Assembly: GCA_044346795.1 (NCBI GenBank)
Contig: JBIIYN010000002.1
Coordinates: forward strand, 1 to 34,699
Length of the DNA: 34,699 nucleotides
From: Pirellulales bacterium
Lineage (GTDB): Bacteria; Planctomycetota; Planctomycetia; Pirellulales; UBA1268
Reading direction: 5' to 3'
Under the pieces are notes generated by a model. That model did no database searches, was not told where the DNA came from, and saw only the letters and a list, made by a program, of their open reading frames with translations. Below, piece by piece: positions 17,958 to 25,942 of the stretch (position 1 is the first letter of the stretch; each line of letters begins with the position of its first letter). Position numbers and translations under genes: made by a program.

Positions 17958-18308
17958 TCAGCGGCTGCGGCGCGACTTGCCTGCCAAGGCCCCGAAGACC
18001 TCCCCGATCGAGTGCGCGGACTCGAGCGGATGGCGGAGCGACTGCTCGTAGTTCACGGCGTACGTATTGCGGCGACCATCTTTCTTCCGCACCACGTAGC
18101 CCCCCGCCACCAGATCGCAGACGATCCGGTGGGTGGCCCGCTCGCCGATGCCGACGAGATCGGCGATCTCGGAAATCCGGATGTCGGCATGCTGAGCGAT
18201 GCAGACCAGCACGTGGCCGTGGTTCGTGAGGAACGTCCAGGCGGGCGGGCGGCCGGTGGCGGCGTTTCCAAGCGACGAGGCGGGGGTGCGGGAAGGCATA
18301 CCCTCCAA
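17958..18308 (-). CDS. Winged helix-turn-helix transcriptional regulator (ArsR/MarR-like), 113-116 aa
   Basis: The sequence FLTNHGHVLVCIAQHADIRISEIADLVGIGERATHRIVCDLVAGGYVVRKKDGRRNTYAVN fits an HTH plus wing. The start is TTG 18308 or ATG 18299; GGAGGG lies only 1 nt before that ATG, so the start is uncertain. Confidence 0.7.
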   Translation of the reverse strand: MEGMPSRTPASSLGNAATGRPPAWTFLTNHGHVLVCIAQHADIRISEIADLVGIGERATHRIVCDLVAGGYVVRKKDGRRNTYAVNYEQSLRHPLESAHSIGEVFGALAGKSRRSR

Positions 18309-18330
18309 TCGTAGCTTTTTCTGGATTCAC

Positions 18331-18358
18331 TTGACAGGCTTTCCGATACCTGTATTAT
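18331..18358 (+). promoter_or_regulatory. Near-consensus sigma70-type promoter: TTGACA, 16-nt spacer, TATTAT
   Basis: TTGACA is at 18331-18336 and TATTAT at 18353-18358, inside the only AT-rich patch of the region. It points at the 88-aa ORF and icd. The complementary strand carries TATAAT (18355-18360) facing the regulator gene. Confidence 0.5.
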
Positions 18359-18376
18359 AAAACAGGTTTCACTTGT
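18334..18376. promoter_or_regulatory. Candidate operator: ACAGG/CCTGT half-sites overlapping the -35 and -10 elements
   Basis: ACAGG is at 18334-18338. The perfect inverted repeat ACCTGT (18348-18353), 8-nt spacer, ACAGGT (18362-18367) spans the -10 element. A degenerate ACTTGT lies at 18371-18376. Confidence 0.4.
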
Positions 18377-18392
18377 CACCGAGGGCTTGGCC

Positions 18393-18659
18393 ATGCGGTA
18401 CACGATCACGATTCATTCGGTTTTGCCGAGAGAGACGATCGAGGAGCGGCTGCCCAGCCTGATGGCGGGCGGCCCGTTCCAGGTGCGGGAGTTCGTGCAC
18501 CTGGGGGGACGTGTCTGGTCGTTCACGCTCCAGCCGTGCCGCCCCGGCATGGCCGTCGGATTCGGCAAGCTCGCCGAACTGCTCGTCCTGCTCGCCCGCG
18601 AATTCGAGGTCGAGGCGGTGGAGCGGTCGGCCCGCGGTGCCTTGGCGGCCGCCTCGTGA
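18393..18659 (+). CDS. Hypothetical small protein, 88 aa (predicted beta-alpha-beta-beta-alpha-beta pattern)
   Basis: ATG 18393 lies 7 nt after GAGGG (18381-18385) and about 35 nt downstream of the promoter. The sequence MRYTITIHSVLPRETIEERLPSLMAGGPFQVREFVHLGGRVWSFTLQPCRPGMAVGFGKLAELLVLLAREFEVEAVERS has a balanced, non-junk composition. I recognise no family. Confidence 0.5.
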   Translation: MRYTITIHSVLPRETIEERLPSLMAGGPFQVREFVHLGGRVWSFTLQPCRPGMAVGFGKLAELLVLLAREFEVEAVERSARGALAAAS

Positions 18660-18763
18660 TCCTCTAGCCTCTCCGCGTTCGTCTCCCGCGTCCTCGGACG
18701 TGCCGTGTCGTTCTGTTCCCAAGACCGGAGCCTCTGCCCGGAACAACCCCAGGAATTCGATCC

Positions 18764-20203
18764 ATGACCCGACATGCAGTGACGGTGATCCCCGGTGACG
18801 GAATCGGTCCGGAATGTGTCCACGCGGCCGTCGACATCATCAACGCCACCGGCGTGCAGGTCGACTGGATCGAGCGGCATGCCGGCGAGCGTGTGTTCAA
18901 GCAGGGCATCGCGTCGGGCGTGCCGCAGGAGACGATCGACTCGATCAGCCAGACGCGGGTCGTGCTCAAGGGACCGCTCGGCACGCCGGTGGGCTTCGGC
19001 GAGAAATCGGCCAACGTCACGCTGCGCAAGCTCTTCGAGACGTTCGCCAACATCCGGCCCGTCCGCGAACTGCCCGGCGTGGTCACGCCCTACACCGGGC
19101 AGGGGATCGACCTCGTCGTCGTGCGGGAGAACGTCGAGGATCTCTACGCCGGCATCGAGCACATGCAGACCCCCGACGTGGCGCAGTGCCTCAAGCTGAT
19201 CAGCGCGAAGGGCTCGGAAAAGATCGTCCGTCTCGCGTTCGAATTCGCCCGCTCGGAGGGCCGCAAGTCGGTCGCCTGCGCGACGAAGTCGAACATCATG
19301 AAACTCACCGAAGGCGAACTGAAACGAACCTTCGAGCGGATCGCCCCGGAATACCCCGACATCCGCTCATCGCACGTGATCATCGACAATTGCGCCCACC
19401 AGCTCGTGAAGAAGCCCGCGCAGTTCGACGTGATCGTCACGACCAACATGAACGGTGACATCATCAGCGACCTCACCTCGGCGCTCGTTGGCGGCCTCGG
19501 CTTCGCCCCATCGGCCAACCTCGGGAACGGCATCGCGATTTTCGAGGCCGTCCACGGATCGGCTCCGAAGTACGCCGGGAAGGACATGATCAATCCGACC
19601 GCCGTTGTCCTGAGCGGCGTGATGATGCTCAAGCATCTCGGCGAATTCGCGGCCGCCGCCGACATCGAGCACGCCGTGCTCGCCACGCTGCTCGACGGGC
19701 GGCTCACGGGCGACGTGGTCGGCTACGACAAGGGCGTGAAGACCTCGGAGTTCGCGAAATACGTGATCGGCAACCTCGGCCGGCGGGCCGACGGCTGGAC
19801 CGTCCGGCAGTCGCAGCCGATCAAGATTCCGCAGCTGAGCCGGGATCTGGTGTTCCGGCCGGCGAAGACCAAGGAGGTCGTCGGTGCCGACATCTTCCTC
19901 GACAGCGGACTGGTGCCCGCGGAAGTGGGCAAATCACTTGAAACCATAGCGGCCTCCTCGCCGCTCAAGCTCAAGATGATTTCGAACCGGGGCACGAAGG
20001 TCTATCCCGACGGCAATCCCAACATCGACTGCGTGAGCCACCATCGCTGCCGGTTCGTGAGCCGCAGCGGAGAGCCGCTCACGTTCGACGACGCCCTGGC
20101 TCTGGCCCGGCGGATCAACGAGACGCACGAGGTCTGCCATGTGGAGCGGCTGCTGCGGATCGACGGGGCCGACGGCTTCACGAAGGCGCAGGGCGAGGAC
20201 TGA
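18764..20203 (+). CDS. icd: Isocitrate dehydrogenase (isocitrate/isopropylmalate dehydrogenase family) with a ~135-aa C-terminal extension, 479 aa
   Basis: Matches include VIPGDGIGPE, SANVTLRKLFETFANIRP, VVVRENVEDLYAGIEH, KSNIMKLTEG, TTNMNGDIISDL and HGSAPKYAGKDMINPTA. ATG 18764 lies 8 nt after AGGAA. Confidence 0.9.
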   Translation: MTRHAVTVIPGDGIGPECVHAAVDIINATGVQVDWIERHAGERVFKQGIASGVPQETIDSISQTRVVLKGPLGTPVGFGEKSANVTLRKLFETFANIRPVRELPGVVTPYTGQGIDLVVVRENVEDLYAGIEHMQTPDVAQCLKLISAKGSEKIVRLAFEFARSEGRKSVACATKSNIMKLTEGELKRTFERIAPEYPDIRSSHVIIDNCAHQLVKKPAQFDVIVTTNMNGDIISDLTSALVGGLGFAPSANLGNGIAIFEAVHGSAPKYAGKDMINPTAVVLSGVMMLKHLGEFAAAADIEHAVLATLLDGRLTGDVVGYDKGVKTSEFAKYVIGNLGRRADGWTVRQSQPIKIPQLSRDLVFRPAKTKEVVGADIFLDSGLVPAEVGKSLETIAASSPLKLKMISNRGTKVYPDGNPNIDCVSHHRCRFVSRSGEPLTFDDALALARRINETHEVCHVERLLRIDGADGFTKAQGED

Positions 20204-20230
20204 CCGACCTGCCGCGTGGGCCTCGCGGGC

Positions 20231-21157
20231 TCACCGCGGCGGCGCGACGAGCGACTCGAGGTGCGTCCGCAGGATGGCCGAGAGGTCGTTGGTCGCCCCC
20301 TCCGCATGCCGCAGGCGGGCCGAGAGCGGCGCCGTGCGCTGGTCGTAACGCACGTCGGCCAGAAAATCCTGCAGGATCCGCCGCCGTTCGGGCGTGGTGC
20401 GGAGCAACCAGTGCGCCCAGCACCAGGCCTCGGCATAATGATCCTGCGAGAGTTCTCCGGCGGAGGCCAGAGCCTCCATCCGGTCGATGTCGGGCCGCCA
20501 GGTGCCCTCGAGCAGCCGGCCGGAGAGATGGGCCACGTGCGCGGCGTGCACGCCCTGTTCGCTGCGGGGTAGTTCGAAGAACTCGGCGACGCCCTCGTCG
20601 AGCCAAAGCGGAATCGTCGGCACCACGGCATGCACGTAGCCGTGCGTCGTTTCGTGCCGGAGGTCCTCGGCGATCCGGTCCTGCCAGACGGCGAAGACGG
20701 AAAGGGTCGTGTCGGTCGCCACGAAGAAGGCCCGCCGCGTGGGGAACCCGGGAAACTGGCGGGCCGAGAAGGCGTCGTAGCGATCCTTGCCTTCGAAGAG
20801 GTAGAGATGCACCGGCTCGTCGGAGATCGGCAGGTCGAGTTGCTGGCTCACGTCGGCCCGCAGGCTCTCCAGTTCGCGCACGATACGATGCTGCTCGGCC
20901 AGCGGAAAATCGGTGTGGATCACGAGCTGGCCGGCGACGATCTCGGCGCGGGACGGAAGGCCCTCCGCGGCCGACCATGGGAAGGGCACCTTGTGTTGCA
21001 GGGGGGCGGCATTCCAGTCCGGTCGGGCGGCCCAATCCGGCGAGATGGCCAGGTGCGCGCAGCCGGCGATCGTGCCGCCGACGAGCAGGCACAAAAAAGC
21101 GGCCGCCACCGAGGGTGACGGGCGGAAGGCCGACGAGATGGAGAGGAGGCTTCGCAA
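20231..21157 (-). CDS. DUF1570-family putative zinc metallopeptidase lipoprotein, ~308 aa
   Basis: From ORF 20231..21298. HExxH is present at RHETTHGYVHAV, followed by LWLDEGVAEFFE. The lipobox reads LLVGGTIAGC. The first 47 aa from ATG 21298 are R-rich and would overlap the upstream gene by 131 nt. TTG 21157 (MRSLLSISSAF...) starts 10 nt after that gene's stop, so I prefer it; the start remains uncertain. Confidence 0.7.
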   Translation of the reverse strand: MRSLLSISSAFRPSPSVAAAFLCLLVGGTIAGCAHLAISPDWAARPDWNAAPLQHKVPFPWSAAEGLPSRAEIVAGQLVIHTDFPLAEQHRIVRELESLRADVSQQLDLPISDEPVHLYLFEGKDRYDAFSARQFPGFPTRRAFFVATDTTLSVFAVWQDRIAEDLRHETTHGYVHAVVPTIPLWLDEGVAEFFELPRSEQGVHAAHVAHLSGRLLEGTWRPDIDRMEALASAGELSQDHYAEAWCWAHWLLRTTPERRRILQDFLADVRYDQRTAPLSARLRHAEGATNDLSAILRTHLESLVAPPR

Positions 21158-21167
21158 GGCGGCGATG

Positions 21168-22196
21168 CTATCGACGCCTGCCGGCCCGGCCAAGACCGAT
21201 CTGACCGGCGTTCTGACTCGGGTTTTCCGGCCGCCGCGAGAGGAGCGCCCCGCAGACCGCCTCCAGGCAGACCGGCCGGCCGAGCACCGCGGCGGCACCC
21301 GCCCGCATCGCCGCCGCCACCGTGTCGCCCCGGGGGAAACTTTCGAGAACCAGGATGAACAGGCCGGGCCGGTTGGCCGCGAGGAGCCGCAGCCACTCGA
21401 GATCGCGGGCTGTCAGATCGCGGACGTCCCAGACGATCACGTCGGCCTGGCCGTCGAGACACGGTCGGCCTGTCTGCCGGGTCTCGACGGAGTGGCCGGC
21501 GAGCGTGAGCAGGTCGCAGAGACCGGCGAGATCGTCGGCGTGCGACGCGGCCACCGACAGTTCGACGCCGGGCGAAGGCAGCCGCGTCGGGTCGCCGGAC
21601 CGGCCACGCATGCCGCCGATCGATTCGAGGAGCCGTTCCTCGCGGCGGGACGTGGCGGGCAGGCCGAGGCTCGTGGGCAGGCCCGCCTCCATGGCAGCCA
21701 GCCACCAGGCTGACCGGCTCGGCAGGTCGTGCCAGGGCACTTCCTCCATCCCGGGCAGTGTCGGGCCGCTCCGCCTGCGGCCGTCCACCAGGCTCGACGC
21801 CACCGACACGATCGGCATCAGCGGCCAGGCACGCGAGAGCAGAAGAGCATCGGCCATGGTGAACCGCGCCGGCCTGTCGGCGGCCAGCACCGAGAACACC
21901 GGGGTGGGGTCGGCACCGCCGGAGACCGCGGCGATGGCCGTCGCCTGCTGCGGCGTGTCGGCGTGGATCACGTTGGCATGGGCGGCGACCCCGGCCCGGG
22001 CCATGCCCAACTCCAGCCCGTCAGACGATCCGATCCACACGACGCGGTGCCGCGGGGACCCGTCCTGCGGACTGGCCGCGGGAATGCTCCGAGGAAGACC
22101 GTTCGGCGAGAGGCGGGAGACAACAGCCATCCCGCCCATCGTCCCATTTCGATGGTCGCGGCGGCAAGCTGGGCTGGCTGCGAAGACGGCTTTCAT
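21168..22196 (-). CDS. Hypothetical protein with two tandem CheY-like (degenerate receiver) segments, ~342 aa
   Basis: From ORF 21168..22346. The C-terminal half reads ADVIVWDVRDLTARDLEWLRLLAANRPGLFILVLESFPRGDTVAAAMRAGAAAVLGRP. That is receiver-like, but the acidic pair is absent, the T/S position is E, and the K is R. The N-terminal half (RVVWIGSSDG...VFSVLAADRP...PIVSVASS) repeats the pattern. The start is uncertain; candidates are 22196, 22139, 22130 and 22346. Confidence 0.5.
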   Translation of the reverse strand: MKAVFAASPACRRDHRNGTMGGMAVVSRLSPNGLPRSIPAASPQDGSPRHRVVWIGSSDGLELGMARAGVAAHANVIHADTPQQATAIAAVSGGADPTPVFSVLAADRPARFTMADALLLSRAWPLMPIVSVASSLVDGRRRSGPTLPGMEEVPWHDLPSRSAWWLAAMEAGLPTSLGLPATSRREERLLESIGGMRGRSGDPTRLPSPGVELSVAASHADDLAGLCDLLTLAGHSVETRQTGRPCLDGQADVIVWDVRDLTARDLEWLRLLAANRPGLFILVLESFPRGDTVAAAMRAGAAAVLGRPVCLEAVCGALLSRRPENPSQNAGQIGLGRAGRRR

Positions 22197-22372
22197 TCGC
22201 GTGGAAGCCGACCTTGACCGGTCTCGAGGCCCGCGGACAATCAGACGCGGGCCAGGTTCAAGGAAGAACATGGCAGCGTTTTCCAAGGCCGGTGTGGCGG
22301 TTTCCCCGACGCTCGAACGATTCGGGCATGGCGGGTGACCCGGCACGCATGGGCCGCAGGCAGGAGGCCGTT

Positions 22373-23971
22373 ATGGGTGACGAGAGGGTTCGTGATCAAG
22401 ATGACGAGAGGGGCCGTCGCCGACCGCATCATCGCCGCCGCGGCGGCCGCGACGCCCACCGCGGCATCAGGCTCTCGGAGGTGCTGCCCGGGGCCACCTT
22501 CTTCGCCGGCGACGACATCGCCGCCACCGGCTGTTCCGACGACCCCGACACCTGCGGCCCGGGGGACGTGTTCGTCGCCCGGCTGACGCCCGATGGCGAC
22601 GGCCACGACGACGTCGAACGGGCGCTCGACCGCGGCGTGGCGGGCGTGGTGGCCGAACGCATGATCCCGACCTTCGGCACGCCGCTGTGCATCGTGCCGG
22701 AAAGCGGCTGGGCGCTGGCCAGAATCAAACACGCCCTCGCGGGCGATCCCGCCCGCGGCATGCGGGTGATCGCCATCACCGGCACGAGCGGCAAAACGAC
22801 CACGACGTGGCTCACCGCCTCCGTGCTGGCCGAGGCGGGGCTGCGGGTGGGCGTGCTCTCCGACTTGGGCTGCCTCACTGCCGATGCCACCGAGCCGGCG
22901 ATGGTCGATTTGAGTCGCCCCGAGGTGCTCGCCGACTGGCTGCGGCGGCTCGCAGAAGATCGCTGCTCGCACGTGGTCGTCGAAGTCTCGAGCACCATGC
23001 TTGCGGCCGACTGCCTCGCCGGAATCGCCTGCGATACCGTCGTCGTCACGAACCTCGCCGTCGCCCATCTCGACATCCATGGCACGACCGCGGCCTACCA
23101 TGCGGTGAAGGCCCGCATCCTCGACTGCCTCAGTGCCGACGGCTGTCTCGTCGCCTCGAGCGACGACGACCGTGTCGGTCGCCTCGTCGAGCGGCGGATC
23201 GCGGCGGCACGACGTGGAGCCGTGATCACCGCCGGGCTTTCCGCGGCTGCGGACGTGAGCGCCACGCCGGTCGAGCGGACGCTTGCCGGCCAGACGTTTC
23301 TCATCCGGGCGGGTGGCCATTCGATGCCGGTGGGTGTGTCGACACCGGCGGCGTCGTTCGTCCGCGACAGCCTGCTGGCGGTGGCCATCGGCCTCCGCTA
23401 TCGCGTGCCGCTCGAGCGGATCGTGCGCGGCATCGAGGCCTGCGGCAGCGTGGCGGGCCGGATGGAACGGATCGATCGCGGCCAGCCCCACGCGGTCTTT
23501 GTCGATCAGCCCACGAGCGGCCACGCGGTGGCCGCCGCGCTTGGCGGGCTCCGCCGGCTGACCCCCGGCCGGCTTGTGGTGCTCGCGGAGGCGGCCTGTG
23601 CCGTGCGGCTCGTCGCCGCTGCCGCGGAGGAGCCCCTGCGCGACCGTGATCGACGGGCGGCCGCTGGCCGTGCCGCCGCCAGGTTCACCCGCCGGGCCCT
23701 GCGGTGGGCCGACGACTGCCTCGTCGTGCCGGCCACGCTGATGGACGAATCGGGCGGGGCCGCCGACGTCGCGGCCTACGCCCGGATCGACCGGCTGCTC
23801 TCTTCGCTCGGCGAGCAGGACTGCCTGCTCGTGCTGGGCGACGTGACCGGCCGCGGCCGGGGCCCCATCGAGCCAGATGGCGACCCGCTGCCGCTGGCGG
23901 CGGTGGTGGACGGCTGGCTGCGACTGGCCCACGTGCCGCAGCCCCTCAAGTCGGGCCGGCATGCGGCCTGA
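22373..23971 (+). CDS. murE: Mur ligase, MurE-like (UDP-MurNAc-L-Ala-D-Glu:diamino-acid ligase family) with a divergent C-terminal domain, 532 aa
   Basis: From ORF 22214..23971. ATG 22373 lies 5 nt after AGGAGG (22362-22367). Matches: GPGDVFVA...DGHDDVERALDRGVAGVV (N-domain), P-loop ITGTSGKTTTTWL, HVVVEVSSTML, and VVTNLAVAHLDIHGTTAAYHAVKARIL (carbamyl-Lys position). In the C-domain the expected DYAHTPD reads VDQPTSGH (23489-23524). I find no GCGGDRD-like or DNPR-like motif. The symbol is therefore tentative. Confidence 0.7.
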   Translation: MGDERVRDQDDERGRRRPHHRRRGGRDAHRGIRLSEVLPGATFFAGDDIAATGCSDDPDTCGPGDVFVARLTPDGDGHDDVERALDRGVAGVVAERMIPTFGTPLCIVPESGWALARIKHALAGDPARGMRVIAITGTSGKTTTTWLTASVLAEAGLRVGVLSDLGCLTADATEPAMVDLSRPEVLADWLRRLAEDRCSHVVVEVSSTMLAADCLAGIACDTVVVTNLAVAHLDIHGTTAAYHAVKARILDCLSADGCLVASSDDDRVGRLVERRIAAARRGAVITAGLSAAADVSATPVERTLAGQTFLIRAGGHSMPVGVSTPAASFVRDSLLAVAIGLRYRVPLERIVRGIEACGSVAGRMERIDRGQPHAVFVDQPTSGHAVAAALGGLRRLTPGRLVVLAEAACAVRLVAAAAEEPLRDRDRRAAAGRAAARFTRRALRWADDCLVVPATLMDESGGAADVAAYARIDRLLSSLGEQDCLLVLGDVTGRGRGPIEPDGDPLPLAAVVDGWLRLAHVPQPLKSGRHAA

Positions 23972-24084
23972 CCTGCGTCCCCTTTTTCATCGCCGGATGG
24001 ACGCCGCCGAGCGGCTTGGGGCAGAATACGGCCACCGGGAGAGTTCGGGCTCCCGGGCTGAATGAGTTTCATCAGGTGCCCTCC

Positions 24085-25023
24085 ATGAAGTCTCGCTCCA
24101 CCGGCGCGGCGGTCGATGCCACGCCATCCGACGCACACCGCGGCGGCACGCCGTTCGACGATCTCGGGTTGGCCGTCTCCTGCCGCGAGCCGCTCTCCCA
24201 TCACACGTGGCTCGGCATCGGGGGCGAGGCGGGGTATTTCTGCGAGCCGGTCGACGTGGAAGCGCTGGCACGGGTGGTCGCGCGGTGCCACGCGCAGCGG
24301 ATTCCGCTTCGCGTGATCGGCGGTGGGTCGAACATCCTCGTGCCATCGACCGGCTTTTCCGGCATGGTGGTGCGGCTCTCGGCCCCCGCCTTCTCGACCA
24401 TCGAGGTGGAACGGCCGATGCTCCATGCGGGCGCCGGCGCGAAGCTCGTCCACGTGGTCTCCGCGGCCGTGCAGGCGGGCTTGTCGGGTCTCGAAACGCT
24501 CGTGGGCATCCCGGGTACGGTGGGTGGCGCGCTCGTGGGCAATGCCGGTGGGCATGGCGGCGACATCGGCGAGTGCGTGCGGGAGGTGAGCGTGATGCTG
24601 CCCGACGGCACGACCGAGACCCGGTCGGGGGCGAAGCTGGCGTTCGAAGCCCGCTGGAGCAATCTCGACGACTGCATCGTCATCGGCTGCCGGCTGGAGC
24701 TCGACCAGGAGGATCCCGAGCGGCTCACGAAGCGGATGCAGAAACAATGGATCGTGTCCCGATCCGAGCAGCCTTCCGGCACGCGAACCGTGGCGATGAT
24801 GTTCAAGGATCCGCATGGGCACTCCGCCGAATCTCTCGTCGTGCAGGCGGGTGGCCGCGACCTGCGGATGGGCGAGGCGTGGGTCTACGCGCCACATGCC
24901 AACTACGTGGTGGCGGCCCCGAACTGTCCCAGCGACGACGTGCGGGGCCTGATCGAACTGGTGCGGGCCAAGGTTCGCGAGCGGCTGGGAGTGGAACTCA
25001 CGCCGCAGATCGAAGTCTGGTGA
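24085..25023 (+). CDS. murB: UDP-N-acetylenolpyruvoylglucosamine reductase, 312 aa
   Basis: From ORF 23704..25023, trimmed to ATG 24085. Matches: LSHHTWLGIGGEAGYF, RVIGGGSNILV, GLETLVGIPGTVGGALVGNAGGHGG, MFKDP, and ANYVVA near the C-terminus. Confidence 0.9.
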   Translation: MKSRSTGAAVDATPSDAHRGGTPFDDLGLAVSCREPLSHHTWLGIGGEAGYFCEPVDVEALARVVARCHAQRIPLRVIGGGSNILVPSTGFSGMVVRLSAPAFSTIEVERPMLHAGAGAKLVHVVSAAVQAGLSGLETLVGIPGTVGGALVGNAGGHGGDIGECVREVSVMLPDGTTETRSGAKLAFEARWSNLDDCIVIGCRLELDQEDPERLTKRMQKQWIVSRSEQPSGTRTVAMMFKDPHGHSAESLVVQAGGRDLRMGEAWVYAPHANYVVAAPNCPSDDVRGLIELVRAKVRERLGVELTPQIEVW

Positions 25024-25036
25024 AAGGGGCTATTGC

Positions 25037-25942
25037 ATGGGTGCGCCTCCACGCCGCGGCCGGCCGGCTGTCGCCGAGGAATCGGAGGACGGCGGCCTGG
25101 CCGGCTTTCTCGCCGAGCATCGGGCCGGCCTCGGTACGCTCGTCGTGATCGTGGCCGCGGCCTGCGCGGGCTGGGCCGTGTGGTCGCGGGTGTCGGAGCC
25201 GGCACGGGCCCATCCCGACATGCTGCTCGTGCCCGCCGCGGTGGAACTGAGGGGCGTGGCCCCCTGGGTGCGGTCCGATCTCAAGACGGAGGCCCTCCGC
25301 AACGCGAGCCTCGACGGTGGCCTGCCGCTCGACGCCCCGGAACTCTCCCGGAGGCTCGCTCGTGCCTTCGAGATGCATCCCTGGGTGCGGCTGGTCGTCG
25401 GCGTAACGCTGCGTCATCCGGCCGCGGCGACGGTCGAAGTGGAGTGCCGCGAGCCGGTGGCGATGGTGGGCGTGAAGGGAGGGCTGCTTGCCATCGACGC
25501 CGAAGGCGTCGTGCTGCCGAGCGCCGACTTCACGCCCGAGTCGGCGGCCGTCTATCCGCGGCTGGGCGGCATCGACTCGAGCCCGCAGGGGCCGGAAGGC
25601 ACCCCGTGGGGTGATCCGCTCGTGGAGGAAGGGGCGGCGGTGGCGGTGGCTGTGGGGCCCGAATGGAAAACGCTCGGCTTCACCGAATGCCGGCCCGTGG
25701 GAAAGCATGGCCAGAGCCGCTGGGAACTGGTCGGGCCGCCGCCGCGGGTCGTCCTGTTCGGGTCGGCGCCGGGCCGCGAGGCGGAGGCGGAGCCGTCGGC
25801 CGCCGCGAAGATCGCGCGGCTGCAGACGCTCGCCGCCGACTCGACGGAATCACTCGACCTCACCCGGCCCGATCCCGCCGAGGACGCCGCGGCCGATCAA
25901 GGATCGCGGGGGTCGCGGGTGCCCTCGATTCCCTCACCCTGA
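25037..25942 (+). CDS. FtsQ/DivIB-like POTRA-domain membrane protein, 301 aa
   Basis: ATG 25037 lies 7 nt after AAGGGG and 13 nt after the murB stop. There is a single TM segment (LGTLVVIVAAACAGWAVW). A POTRA-like block follows: VELRGVAPWVRSDL...LARAFEMHPWVRLVVGVTLRHPAAATVEVECREPVAMV...LLAIDAEGVVL. Its position after murB fits dcw synteny. Confidence 0.6.
   Translation: MGAPPRRGRPAVAEESEDGGLAGFLAEHRAGLGTLVVIVAAACAGWAVWSRVSEPARAHPDMLLVPAAVELRGVAPWVRSDLKTEALRNASLDGGLPLDAPELSRRLARAFEMHPWVRLVVGVTLRHPAAATVEVECREPVAMVGVKGGLLAIDAEGVVLPSADFTPESAAVYPRLGGIDSSPQGPEGTPWGDPLVEEGAAVAVAVGPEWKTLGFTECRPVGKHGQSRWELVGPPPRVVLFGSAPGREAEAEPSAAAKIARLQTLAADSTESLDLTRPDPAEDAAADQGSRGSRVPSIPSP

Noticed and set aside
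20204-20230. Short palindromes (CCGCG/CGCGG) in the 27-nt gap between the convergent icd and DUF1570 genes, considered as a bidirectional terminator.
   Set aside because: The stems are only 5 bp and there is no U-tract, which is indistinguishable from the background palindromes of GC-rich DNA.
23704-24084. A 127-aa N-terminal extension of the murB ORF.
   Set aside because: It overlaps the 3' end of the Mur ligase gene and is R/G/P-rich. MurB homology begins just after ATG 24085.
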